DNA of 64,000 nt, taken from the NCBI GenBank assembly GCA_025786725.1, contig JAHLTZ010000066.1, forward strand, positions 1,379-65,378. Direction: 5' to 3'. How positions within the stretch are numbered: the first letter of the stretch is position 1; each line of letters opens with the position of its first letter. The notes under the pieces were generated by a model that saw nothing but the letters and a program-made list of their open reading frames with translations, was not told the DNA's origin and searched no databases. Below are positions 27,301 to 41,345 of this stretch, in pieces. This DNA is from Syncephalis fuscata S228 (Eukaryota > Fungi > Zoopagomycota). The position numbers and the translations under genes were made by a program.

Positions 27301-30300
27301 GGTGGGGTCTGTGCATCAGATACTGGATCTAATAAAGATACTGGATCTAATAAAGATACGGAAGAAGAATCTATTTTACAAGATGAACATGAAGACAGTA
27401 TAGATACACCATTTGGACATCATATGATTGCCAGTTCAACATTACAGTCTAATAGTGAATATACCACGATGAGTACACCTCAATTAGAACCCACTCAATT
27501 ACATTTACCATTACAACAACAACAACAACAAAAACTTGAAGTAGAAGAACCAATAGAACAAGAATCAAGTCTTAATTCTATTCTATTACAAGCCACACCA
27601 TTTAATGATGACATGATAAATGGCATGTTAACTAGTATTAACCCTTCTAATATAAATACCATTAATGAATGGCCTATATTATCTGAAGATCAAGCGATAT
27701 TCTCTCCTATTTTACCGGATGAAGATGCACCTTCACCAATACTACCACCTATATCAGTAACATCGATTATAAGTATGCCACCACCTGTAGTAACCATTGA
27801 TGATACAGAAGATGATATAGATATAGATAATAAGGATGTTGTTGTTGTTGATACAGATATAGATAATAAGGATGTTGTTGTTGATACAGATACAGATAAT
27901 AATGTTGTTGTTGATACAGATATAGATAATAGGATGTTGTTGTTGATACAGATACAGATAATAAGGATGTTGTTGTTGATACAGATAATGTTGTTGATAC
28001 ACTTGATACTGATATGTCATTAGATCGACGTCCTTCAGTTCATTTGGTTAATCGATCTCATACATTTGGTGATATTCCTTCTACTTCTACTTCTCCTTCA
28101 TCTTCATCTTCAACCAAACGACCTACTAAACATCAAAAGAGTAAACAAGTCGATAAAAGTACAAAAGATCCATTATTAAGTAGAAATACCGATATCATCA
28201 CTCCTATTTCTACTCAATGGAATGCCGCTGATTTACATCCTGGTCAAGCATTATTAACTCCATCTAATCCATCTAATCCACCATTGTCTACTACTACTAC
28301 AACAACAACAACTACTACTACTACAACTACTATGACCGATACAACTACATTAACTACAATGACCCTATTGCCTAGTCTATCTAATAATCAGAATACCAGT
28401 ATTGATCCATCGGGTACCTGGTCACTTTCTAGATCACTTGATAATCATACCAGTAATACACGATCACATCCTATGATGATATCACGATCCATGGGACATC
28501 AACGCCATAGTAGTAATAGTCATAAGGGCAGTCATGGTATTTATAGTACAAGTCATGGTCAATATACTGATCATCATCCTTATCGATCCCATCGATTCAA
28601 TTCATTGGATCATAAAGTGGATCCAGATAGATTATTAGGATTATCGGCCACTCATGGATTAAGTGATGATGGATGGTTATCGATGGATGGTAGTCGATGG
28701 ATTCCCCCAGCCGATACACCTTCACTTACCAGTCCATACCATTATATGCAACATAGAGTATCTGGGTCTATTGATGATCAATATGTACCTACAACTACTA
28801 CTCCTACTACAATGACCACTACAATGCATTCACGTCATTTATTAGAGGGATATAATCGAGAGATCCATTCTGTATTGGGTGGATCATTTGGTACAACCAT
28901 TGGCCATCATCATCGATATGATAGTAGTATAGGCAGTCATAGTGGCAGTCATATGCATCGATCATTGTCTGAACAGTTACCTATAACATCTAATGGTATA
29001 AATACAATAACTTCTACCTCATTAATAGGTTCATTATCAACGGAAGCATTACGTAAAGATAAACAACAACAACAGCTGATTAATAATGAAGATGAAGAGG
29101 ATACTATGAGATCATTATTAACTGGTCCTCTATCTGATACGTATAGTCCATTAACTGATACATTTAGTCTACATCTATCCCATTCATATGATAGTAATTA
29201 TAATAGTCAACATCCTATGGGACATCATACCATGGATAGTATGAATAGTCATTCTACTATAGAATCTGGATCAACTGAACAACCACCACCTGTATCATCT
29301 CAAGTATCGCCACCATTAGGATTAAAAGATGGATCATCTATAGTAAAGAATACACCGCCTTTATCAACACGTAAATTTATGCGTCGTTTATCATTTATTA
29401 ATCAACAATCACCGGTAAGTAAAAATAGATGGATGAATGAATCAAATGAATTTAATTGATTATTAATATTTAATGGATCATTAATTGATTTAATTGATTA
29501 TTGATTGATATTTAGGTGAGAATGGGTGGTGGTATTATGTCCTTGGATACACCTCTTGTTACTCCGGGTGATGATTCTTTTCCTCAAGAATCATATTTAA
29601 GTAAACATAAGGGAACAGTATCTAATGAACATGATGATGAACATGATGATGAACATGATGATGACGGAAGAAGAAGAAGAAGAAGAAGAAGAGATTATGG
29701 ATCATTCAAGTACAGAAGGGGTATTTACATTTGATAAAGAATCAACTATGACCATAAATCATACTGAAACACAATTATTAAGATCAGACGAGGTAAATAA
29801 TTAATAATTTCATTATTTATTTATATATTAATTAGTATTTGATAGAATTACTTGGCAACCACACCCATAATTCCTATTATTAATATGTCATTGAATAATT
29901 CACCTAATAATACACAACATTCAACTTCATCCTCTCCATCTTCATTTAAAGATTTGATTCCTCCAACGAATATTAATATATCTAAATGGAGTGCCATGAC
30001 TCGATCACAATTGGATATAATTGAAGAGAGTGAACATAGTACATCAACCACGCCTAATATGGAGAAGCGATTAGCATTAACGATGTCCGATCCAACGTTA
30101 TTTAACAATTTGGCCTCTCCTACTTTTGTGAATACCGCAACTGCCGCATCTTCATCGATTAATAGTCCACTTGTTAACTATCATCCCACGAGTGGAAATA
30201 ATAATGGTATGGGTGTGCCATTACTGGCCCAATTGCCATTATCGGCAGTTGGTGAGATGAATAATAATGGTAATGAATTTCCATTTAATATTCTACCTAA

Positions 30301-33300
30301 TGAATTGTATGAAGATAAAGAAGAGGAGGAGAAGGAAGAGGAAGAAGTAATGGATAGAATAAAGAAGCGAGTAGTTTATGAAAAGGTAAGTAGTTTAAAT
30401 AGATGATAGATAAATAGATAAATAGATAAATAGATAACTATTAATGTATTTATTAATGTATTTATTATAGGATGAGGATGATGAAGATGCCAGGTCATTT
30501 ACTTCTCCTCCTTGTTTTGCCCATCAATTATCGTCACCATTTATGCCAACTATGGATTTATTTAACTCATCTCGAACTATATCCAATTCTACTCATACTT
30601 ATTCTGAAATGACTACAGAAGAGGAAGAGGAAGAGGAAGAGGAGGAGAAACAACACCGTTCTCTCTTTCCTATATCTAAATCTAATCATCATAACCATAT
30701 AGATCATATAACTGATATGAATATAGGACATGTCTCGAATAGAACCAGTTCTTCTAATTCATCCTCTTTATCAATGCAATCTTATGATGATAATGATGCC
30801 CATCGACCATTATCAGTTCATAGTTTAGAGAAATCGTTATTTGGTGAACATCATAGAAATGTTAGTATAAGTGGACATCATTTACATCATCCACATCAAT
30901 CACCGCCTGTAACATCACCACTATCTCATGATGAAGGTGAATCGACTCGATTACCCTCAGAACGACTTGATCCAATTAGATTTGATCTATTAACGCGTAT
31001 ATCTGATCAATTGTATTCACAAGAGATGAGGAATAACTTTGGTGCCCCTACTGTATTAGCGGTAGGTTATAATCATATTGGTACATTCAATAGAATTTAT
31101 AGTAACATGGTGAATGGAATAGGTTGGTGAATGGTTAGCGATTGGTACATCGAGTGGTATGGTAGTACTATATGATCATACTCAGAATCTACGTACTATT
31201 CTACGTCGTAAGTTAGTTAGTGTCTATGTATAGATGGTTATTAATTAATATATATATATATGTATGTATGTATGTATATGTATATAATAGATACGGGTGT
31301 TGTAACGGCAGTGGCCGTGGCGGCTAATGGGTTCTTTGTTATGGCCGGATTTGCCAATGGATCGATTGTTATATGGGATGTGCGTAAAAGTGCCATTATT
31401 CGACATATTGAACCACTACCCCTACAACAACATCATCGTAATAACAGTGGTGATTATACAGGTAGTGGTGCGAGTAGTAATGGGGCCCAATTACTTGCTT
31501 ATACCGCCCAACGTATTATGAAACTATCCTCGGTCGTTGGTCGTAATACGTCAAATAGTAATACTGGTAGTAGTGGTGGTAGTCATCATCAACGCTCCTC
31601 TTCTATACTGACGAGTCGAGCGACGATTGGACATGAATGGGGATCGGCCATTTTACATGTTGAATTTGTTGGTAATCAATCTCATGAAATTATTACTACC
31701 GATGACCAGGTAAATTTGAATAGTATATTATATACCACGCAAATATACTGATGGATATATATATATATATGTGTGTGTGTGATAGGGATTGGTGTTTTTA
31801 CATCGGTTGGCTAAAGTGGCGGTTATTCGTTCAGTGGATACTTTCCATGTATTGGGTCGACGTCGTCGTAATGGTCCATTATCAATGACCGCACAAGGCA
31901 TGCAACCACCAAGACGGGCCGGTACTGTATTTAGTGTATCTTCATTATCGATGGGGGTCATACAACATCCGGCCGATACCTTTGCCTTTATAGCCATCAC
32001 CACACCGGTTAAAGTAAGTAGTCAATAATATTATTTATATTGATAAAGGTATTTATCATGAATGTAGATGTTAATTATAAGTACGAAACCGCGTATTGAG
32101 ACGCATTTCAAAGTTATGAGATCGGAAAAGATGATGGCTCAAACGATTGAAGAAGAAGGTATGATGGCCACTTGTGGATGTACAGCTTGGTATTCAGCCA
32201 CCCTTGACGAAGGAGGTAAGCGTATATATATACATATATATATATATATATACTAGTACTAATATTATATAATGGTATAGAAGCGGCTGATCCATTACTT
32301 GCGTATAGTTGGGATCATCGATTGGCTGTATTAAGAGTTATTGGTGATTCAGTTGAAGAAAAGGAACGAGGCGGTATATTAAGACGCCAATTACCACGAA
32401 TTACCTTTGTTTATGTTAATGAATGGCGTGGGCCATGTCCCATTGTAGCCATTCAATGGATGACACGTAAAGTAAGTACCTATAGAACATATAGAATATA
32501 GAGTAAATATTAATATGTTTATTATTACTAGATGCTTGTTCTTTATACAAGTGAAGATGAAATGCTTGTATTTGATCGATCGGCCAATCAAGTTACTGAA
32601 CGATGTGATTTACGCGCTGTTCGACTTGTTAGTAATAATCGGTTTATGACCCCCTTGAAGAGGATATCGATGAGAATGATGAACATTCATCTGATTTAGA
32701 ACTGGCCTATTACCAAAGTGTACGATCACATAAAGGTCGAGTCTATCTACTAGTAAGTATTAATATAGCCTATAATGTTGTTAGTAATAATAATATCTGG
32801 TAGGGTGTTGATCGATTGTGGATGGGTATGCCATTGTCATGGGCAGATCGTATTGATGCTTGTGAACAGAATGGTGAACTGTTAAAGGCCATTGATATTG
32901 GTATTGCCTTAATTAATGGGGCACCCGGTCTATCAACAGTTGGATTGCCGGATGATGATCTACAGAGACGTGTTGTGGTTGGTGCCCGTTTAATGCAATT
33001 AATACGTAAAGCCACGAGTATTACCTTTGCGATTGATCGAGTGGGTGAACGACATCCGCGTAGTTGTCGTGAATTGGCCCGTGCGTCTATTGAAGCCAGT
33101 TTATGTATTGGTATTGAATCATTTTTATTTGATGAAATCTACGAGACATTTTGTGAACATCAGTGTAGTCACTGGTTTTTGGGTGCATTGGCCAAGGCAG
33201 TTCATCGACGCCGTATTCATTTATTGCCACCGGTAGTGGCTCAAGATCTTATTGTTTATTTACGTGGTCAACCCAAATTACTTGAAACGATTCTATTACA

Positions 33301-36300
33301 CCTTGATTTAACCACTCTTGATATTGACACGATTGTTTCGGTTTGTCGACGTGACGGACTATGGGATGCACTTATATGGGTATGGACGAGGGCTGTACAC
33401 GACTGGATTAGTCCAACGGTTGAACTATTACAAGTAGCACGACAACTGGCTGGTAATTCAGAAAGACGCGTTAAAGAGATTCTCGATCAGTTACTCGCCT
33501 ATTTCGATCACGTATTACGTGGTCGTTGGTTCCCTTCACTATCGGATGAATCGTCAAACAACAATGACCATTCGGATCAACGACGAAATCGACGACATCG
33601 ACCGCGTAGATCGTCTAAATCGGCCACCCGTCGTTATTGGGACGAGAAACGAGATATTATCCACGATAAGGTTATATGTCATAAGGCGAAAGCATCTATT
33701 TATCAGTTTATATTTTCATCTACGGCTATTTACTGGCCTGAACAGCCAGCACCGGGAAATCCATCAAGTGAATTGGTATTAGTTGATGGTATTCTAAAAC
33801 AATCAACTGGTTATGAAGATTTGGATGATTTACAGCCCTATCCTTATTTATCTCTACTGCTTGACTATGATCCAAAGCGATGGCTTGATACCCTTGAACG
33901 AGCATTTAATGATGATAGCTACTTTGATTATAAAGAGCCAAAGAATGAAGCAAATAATGACGATGAAGGCGAAAACCAAGAAAAAAGTACAGCACATACT
34001 AGACAAACAATTGTGGATGCTCTTATTAAATGTGTTTCGCCGTATGCGCGTAATAACTTTACTACCGTGCCGGCCACCTTTGTTTGTATCTTCTTGGCCC
34101 GTCAATTACATCAACATAGCCGACATATTCAATTGACACCGGATACATTAGAGGCAGTATTAATTCGATTAACTACCGATTCAACAACGGCATTATACGG
34201 TGCCACGAGTGATACACGACAGGCAGCCGTACAAGAATTGCTTAAAGTCTACATATCACCACATACGAAACAAATGACCGAGTTATACGATCGGGCCGGT
34301 TTCTATAGAGTACTTGAAACAGTCTATCGTAACGAACATAATTACGGCAAAGTAGTTGAAACGTATTTACGTGATCCAGAACGACGCAGTCAAGTATTTG
34401 ACTGTATTCGACGATTATTAAGCGATAAAAGTCGATCAGTCGAGAAGAGTCGATTACTGCAAAAGAAACGGGCCCATGTACGCACATCGGTTATGGGACT
34501 AATGCCCCAACTGGTTAGTGTAGATGGTGCCCAATGTGCTCGATTAGTAGCCGATTTATTCGAGGATCAACATGAAGAAGTGGTAAAACTACTTGAGCCT
34601 GACCGTTTCCTTGTATATGCCTACTTGCACGGTCTATTCGAAGCACGTCAACGGGTAAAACGATCTTTATTACGTAAAAAGGCTAGACAAGCAAGTGACT
34701 TAGCCAGTAGTTCACCCACCGGCATGACAGTTACTACTTCCACCACCACCACTACTGCTACTACTTTAATTAGTGGTCAAAAAAACAGCCATGTACTTTT
34801 GGATGATTTCCCTGGATTACCACGTATGCTTGAACGGTATATTGAACTACTTTGTGAACGACATCCTTCATTGGTTCGAACATTCCTGGCTGATCATGAA
34901 GAAGATGGCATTTGGCTAAATAGTGCCCTGACCGTCTGTCGTGAATACGATGTTACCGATGCCATTGTATGGATACTTGAACAACGTGGTGATCTTGTAC
35001 AAGCCTTAGAGGCTATTCTTATTAAAGTACAAGACTGTGTTATTCAAGTAACAAAACAATTGGCCCGTGATGCCATTGATCATTTTACAGATGCCGCTGC
35101 TTCAGTCGTTAGTGATTGGCAACACCAGCACCACCATCATGGATCGATTGACTTACTTGGTCGATATACACCGCCACCACGACTACCCATGCAAACCGCT
35201 AGCACTACAACGGACGTGTATCGCGCTGTAGATGCCATTGTATTGTATTTAAGAATGGCGGTAGAGTTGTGTGAGCGCGTTAGTACACGTGTATTAACGG
35301 CCGTAGCTAATGAACGGGCACAACTTGAACACCAAAGTGAAGATCTATGGTTTATGCTACTGGTACAATTTGTAGATGCGTATCGTACATTAATGGCTGC
35401 AGCCACTGAACATGCACCTGCACCCTCTTTATCATCTAGATCAACATCGCTAATACCACCAACGCAAGAGCCACTTGATCCATCGGGCCAAATGATACGC
35501 GGTGGCTTATACGAAAGTTTAACGGAACTATTACAAGCTACCGCATCATCCGGTGTATCGCTGCCCAAACTGCTATTACGTCTGGTTAAATCGGACGCAG
35601 ATACTAATGAAGAAATAGCGGACGAAGAGGATGATATGTATTCTAATGAGGCGGGAACGACAACGGCCATGGCTACACCTAGACTATTTGCCGATTTACG
35701 TGATGTCTTTTTTGGTATGCTTGATTTGTATAAATTCGAGGCCCAATTACGTCGAGTGGCCCATCGACTTATCGAATCGGATGTGTTTAGTGAAATGCGT
35801 TTAGCAGTGCACACCCGTAGTCATGGATGGCGGGCCATAAATGGCGGTGACTGTGATCGATGTGGACGTCGTCTTTGGTTAGATGCACGTAATCCATGTG
35901 CACGCGCCCCTATCAATGCAATGCAAGTATTTGATTCACCTTTACGTTGGCCACATCGCCCACAACAGCAACAGCAACAATCGTCATTGTCACTATCAAA
36001 TACAATTTCTAGATCTACGGGGGTGACGGCAAGGGCACAGGCAAAAAGAGCGATGAGTTATGATAGCCGTATGCATTCCCATTATAGTCCAGCTAATACA
36101 TCGACACTGCCCACCACAAGTAAGGATTGGGCGGTAATGATGTATCGATGTGGTCACGCTTTTCACCAAACATGCTTATTACCGACCCCGCCTATAACGA
36201 CAACGGCAAATGTACCGACATCCATCCCACCACCATCTATTTCTCGACAAAATTCACTAACCACTTCTATACTTACGACACATCGACTACTATCACCACC

Positions 36301-36484
36301 ACTATCGCCTAGTTCGTCATTGCAGCCACAACAGCCGCAACACTCCTATCCTATAAGTGAGCACCAAAGTGATGAAGGTGAAGAAGTTCAACTATTCTCT
36401 GCTTCATCACTACCTTCTGCTCAATCAAAGATGCCATGTCCAGTTTGTTATCCGCCGCGTATATTAACGCATCATCGAATTTAA
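24360..36484 (+). CDS. VPS8: Vacuolar protein sorting 8 (CORVET subunit) with a very long low-complexity N-terminal extension
   Basis: From ~30960: LTRISDQLYS...FGAPTVLAVG..LAIGTSSG (WD40 entry), LHLDLTTLDIDTIVSVCRRDGLWDALIWVW (Vps8 domain), CHCR-like YIELLCERHPSLVRTFL, C-terminal CDRC..CGHAFHQTC..CPVC. Upstream ORFs chain via short introns and frameshifts with no intergenic gap; the core is secure, the extension less so. Confidence 0.85.
27811..28000 (+). repeat. Coding minisatellite (~30-36 bp unit, ~6 copies) encoding DTDIDNKDVVV
   Basis: Repeated gatacagatatagataataaggatgttgttgtt units. Confidence 0.85.
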
Positions 36485-36619
36485 TTAAATAAATAGTATT
36501 ACTATGATTATTAAATAGGCCAGTCATGGGATAATAGTGATATATTACTACTATATTGTAAATACTGGCAATGTTGTTATTGGCTTATTTATATTTTGTA
36601 TTATGTTGTAGTATTTATA

Positions 36620-37090
36620 AAATATATAAGTAGAATGAATAGAAATAATTTAAAGGCTGCCACAAACACAATTAACTGCGAATAAACAACAGTTATGAAT
36701 AAAGCATATTTAATAGAGCAAATACTAAAATATATGAATAATGAATTTAATGCTACAATGCATATATATATGGGTGAATAAGTAAAATAGTCGATATTTA
36801 TTAATAATACTGCTAGAACAAAAACAAATACGGCTTTGGATAGAGGAGGACTAGAAGGGTATAGAATGATATATAAAATAATGAATGTATGGTAAGAAAG
36901 CATATATGATAGCATGGAATAGAATGGGATGATATAGATGAATAGAGTGTATGTATACTGAATAATGAATCTATAATGATGAGTATTTTGGACCCTGATG
37001 TGAATTACTTCTTGTTTCCTGTTCAATAGAAAGAAAGTTTAATTTAAATGTATGAATGTTATTAAATGCAGTTATTTAACCACCGAAGTA
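36620..37090. mobile_element. Partial copy of the inverted-end repeat family between VPS8 and kinase 1
   Basis: Co-linear with 61430-61830, including tgagtattttggaccctgatgtgaattact...gtttaatttaaatgtatgaatgttattaaatg. Confidence 0.65.
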
Positions 37091-37245
37091 CAATAAATGA
37101 GTAATAAATTGCATTTAGATGACTAAATTTATTATTTAAATAATTATATTGTATGCAATGTAATGGAATAGAAGCATATCATAGTAAAAATATAATATTT
37201 ATTGTTTTTTGTACTTTATAAACTAAATACACTAATATGAAATAT

Positions 37246-39905
37246 TTACAAGATGGTGCCTAATTAGCTGGTTAGTTTACATAGCAACAACTTAATAAAC
37301 ACTTACATCCATTGCTGATTTTCACTCGTTTTTCCTGAGTATCAGCAGTCATTGAATGCGACCGCTTAATACCACGCTGAGGTGTGGAAGCCTCTTGGCA
37401 AGCTGTTGTCTCTTCGGCTTCTTTGTCGTCTTCAGTTTGATTACTCTCTCGCTGTTGACTTGGTTCTATCTCGGCCTCTTTTTCTGGTGACTTCAATGCC
37501 GGTTCTTCTTGTTCTTCTTGAGCCACATCAGCTTCAGCAACCGTATCTTGTGGCTTGTTAAACCAAGAACTTGCCAATGCCTGCTCAATAGTGATACGTG
37601 AATCGCTGTTAAGAGCAAGAAGATTGCGCACCAGTTCGCGTCCTAGTAAGCAATAAATATTAGTTCTATATAATTATTGTTTGATTTATTTACCTTCTTC
37701 TGATACTGCTTCCCAAGTATCATCGAATTCCAAAGGATTGTTTAGTAAATCTAGAGCATAATCCTCGACGATAACATCTTCATTACTATTTTTTACATAT
37801 GGTAATGTATCTAAATATAAAGGCATTAGTAAAAAATGACAGTTTTATAATCACTTACTTGATAGCATGTAATGTAATGTAGCACCAAGGCTCCACACAT
37901 CAACTTGGTGGTAATTGCTGGCTGTCAGTTCCATTGTATTTGAGGCCGCTTGCAGATTAATATCAATTTCTTTAGCTTTTGCAATTGCTTGATCTTTAAA
38001 AGCTGATTTCAGAACCATTTCTGGTGCCATATAACCTAGTGTTCCACGCTTCTTTCTTGGTGGCGGTGAATCTGGAACAATTTTCCAAGCAGCACCAAAA
38101 TCTGTAAGGACAATCGCTGGGTTGTTGATGCACTTTCGCAGCAATATATTTGCTGGCTAATGTAAACACGGTTAATTTCAGTCATTGTTAACATTTCAAG
38201 TACTTACTTTTATATCTATTTGATAGCAATACGATTAACAATGATATTTGTTAGTAGCAATAATAAACAATTATTTCAACTTACCACAGTGAACAATATG
38301 CTTACTGTGTAAAAACTATTCAAAAGTCATTAATAAATTATTGTATTATGTTGTTACTTACCTTTACTGCTTCCAGCAGCTGTTTAAAAATGTGCCTAGC
38401 CTCATCTTTAAGAAGAGGGCCATGTTGTGCACAATAGCTGTGTAAATCTCCGCCAGCTACATATTCAAGCACCAAGTAGCTGTACATTGCTGTTTCATGC
38501 ACATCAACTACTTGAATAATGGCTTGATGTCCTTGCGCCATAACAAGTATGGTGTTTTCATCAGCAAAGCTATTTATGCAAACTTCTTTGGCTGCTCCCT
38601 TGATATACTTTTTGTCGGATATTTTGATGGCAACAGGTGTTTTGTTGTTGCGTATTTCTCCATAAAATACGCTGCCAAAAGCACCACTATTTTTATGTTA
38701 TCAATATGTTAATTTAAATGATATAAGTACTTACGAACCAAGCCGTTGTGTTGTTACAGCATATTTGCTATTGATTGTCTAGAAATGTGTTAGAGGCTAT
38801 AAACTGCTGTAATTGTAATATTCCTGACTTACTGTGCCAAAATCGGGACTTGGATCCTCGATTCTTAATGTCAACTTTTTAATCAAATATATAGCATAAA
38901 AAACTAGTGCCATTGATTAGTCATAATTACCATAGACTAATAAAACTTACAATTGCAACCAGATGGCTGGATGCTGCTATTATTTTTGATGACACATGTA
39001 GCATCGGACCTAATGCTGACACCATCCACTAAATAAAATAATTAGTATTGTTTAGTAATTTATAATAAATACTACTTACCCAAAATAGAACTGGACATCA
39101 AATTCTAATTACACATTTAGCACCATTATTAATTAGTATGATAACTACTTACTTTGCACATCATTATTTCATTTTCCTAAATATGGATTAAGATTAGCAT
39201 TGTTATTTTAACATAATGCTGTGTGCTGCTTACCATGAATATGCTAAAATAATCGTCTTGTTCTTTTTCCTCTTCCTCTTCCTCTCCCTCGCTCGCACTA
39301 AATATTGCAAATTATTATATTAATAAAATTGTGTAATGTGTCAATCAAACCAGCAATAGTTTAGTGTGTTTACATTTGCTAAATAACAGCAAATTATGGC
39401 ACAGCACTATACTAATAAAACACCAGTATTAAACACTGCATAGCTTACCTTTCTGAGCCTTGCCCAAAAGTGTATTCTTCACCTCGCATCAAGAGGTGTT
39501 CTTTGAATGAATGGTTAGTTAAATGGCCTATTAACTGTATATTTACTTACCTGTGTCGTTTTCATCCGACACCTCAACCCAGCCTACAATCTTGGCTTGC
39601 TCCGCCAAACTCATTGCCGCCCAAGCAGCAGGGAGTCTTTCGTAAATGTCCCCCACTGAATTGTTTGGTGTTGTGAATGACGAAGCAAGTGCAGGTAAAC
39701 GAGGAGCATCTGATGGCTGAGCCACCACGCACTGCTCTTCAACAACATCTTCAGCGGCGGAAACTATATTAGCTTCAGCCGCAGGCGCTAATGATGGGGA
39801 TGGCGATGGCGACAAATGTGCGGGTGGATTGAATGGCAAGCGAGTGGGATTTGCAACAGATACATCAAGAGAACTACAAGCAAATGGATTACCTGGACTG
39901 TCCAT
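37246..39905 (-). CDS. Divergent FHA-like + CAMK-group Ser/Thr kinase (Chk2/Rad53/Dun1-like), kinase 1, C-terminal NLS + CaaX
   Basis: Spliced motifs GSGAFGSV, VAIK, LVLEYVAGGDL, IVHCDIKPANILL, LTDFG, GTLGYMAPE, DVWSLG, RITIEQALASSWF. N-terminal beta-rich exons are FHA-like. The last intron (37260-37306) gives ...KRVKISNGCTIL*. Confidence 0.85.
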
Positions 39906-41345
39906 ATTGCAGTTATGTTTTAATGTAGAGTTTGTTTAAAACTGAAATATAAATCAAAATACACGTATCAAATAATGATGTAAAACTTTGGAAAGGTCAA
40001 CTACGCGAATACTATATTGAACGACTCATACATTTATTTAATAAATAGGCTAGCAGACATGGGCGATGTGTCATAGTACATTTGAAACAGCACCATTACG
40101 ACATGGCTAATTGCGCTATGAATGTGTTTCTAAACATTTGGCTTTTTATTAATCATATGTCAGTACATGACCAATTGGCTAGCAGTTGTACAACAAACCA
40201 ATAAGTGCAACTAATTGTCAAGTTTGAAAGGTGTGTTGCTGAAACCACCGTTACCGATTGGGAAACGCACTGTGCACACACGCAGTAGCACAGAGTAAGC
40301 ATTTTGAGAGTTAGTTTGACCGACATTCATACGCAAATAGTGGGCATATTTTAATAAAGTTTATGCAGAAATATCTGGCAATATGGATGCTACTGAAATA
40401 AATAAATTATAACTACGTATCTGAATAGTACATAATATTTGTTAGCTGTATGTCGTTACTATAATATAGCAAGTTGTATAGCAAAGTAGCCAAGTGCTAA
40501 TGATTGATGCTAATGACACTGTGTAACATGCATGGGAATATCAAGTAAATCGGCTTTACAAAAACGTTTGTTTCATAGCTAAGGCCCGAATGTATAGCTT
40601 ACTGTACACACTTGCAAATTATTTTCAACAAAGATATTTAAGAATTCAGTGCAAAGTCTTTTATTTCAACTGAGTGTTATTTCAATATCGGTTAATAGCA
40701 TGCATATCTTATTTAACTGTAATTTGCTTAGACATATTCCATCAGCTGATGATGATTTAAACAAGACAGCAATCTTGAGATGGTAGTATGCTTATCTTTG
40801 TGTTGCGCCATTCTTTTCACTAGCTTGCATTTTTGCTAGCACTGACGTACATATCCATTGAAGAAAGCAATGAAACAAGTTCAAACTGTTTCGTAATTGT
40901 ATTACCAAGATAGATAAGCAAACCCATCATTATTTGTTCATTTACATTAGATTGGTATATTGGTAACGCAATAATCCGTATTCAACCATTTTATTTTTAC
41001 TGAGTCATTGCACTGTTCAATTGAACAGATAGCGCTTTGCCTTGCAATGACATTCGCCCTTACTGAAATATACATTTATGTTACACATCACTGCATAGCA
41101 CGCCTCTCTTTGAGCTGGCCTATTCTGTTTCTTTTTTCGCTCCGCCTAATGGCTTCAATTCATTGGATAATGCTGAGTGCTCGCTTTGCACTAAACACAC
41201 GCGTGTGCCTACATAATATATCCCTCATTAAAACACGTAATCTTAACTACGCCTTTTTATTTTACATTTGTTCTTTAACTAATTAGCAGGTGCAATCCAC
41301 TATTCTATATGTTCGTAAACTACAATTTTTAGTGGAATTCATAGC

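Noticed and set aside
27811-28000. Regularly spaced ~33-bp repeats as a CRISPR-like array
   Set aside because: No unique spacers; it is an in-frame coding minisatellite in a eukaryotic gene.
41176-41215. gtgctcgctt resembling the 5' end of U6 snRNA
   Set aside because: No ACAGAGA box or other downstream U6 sequence.
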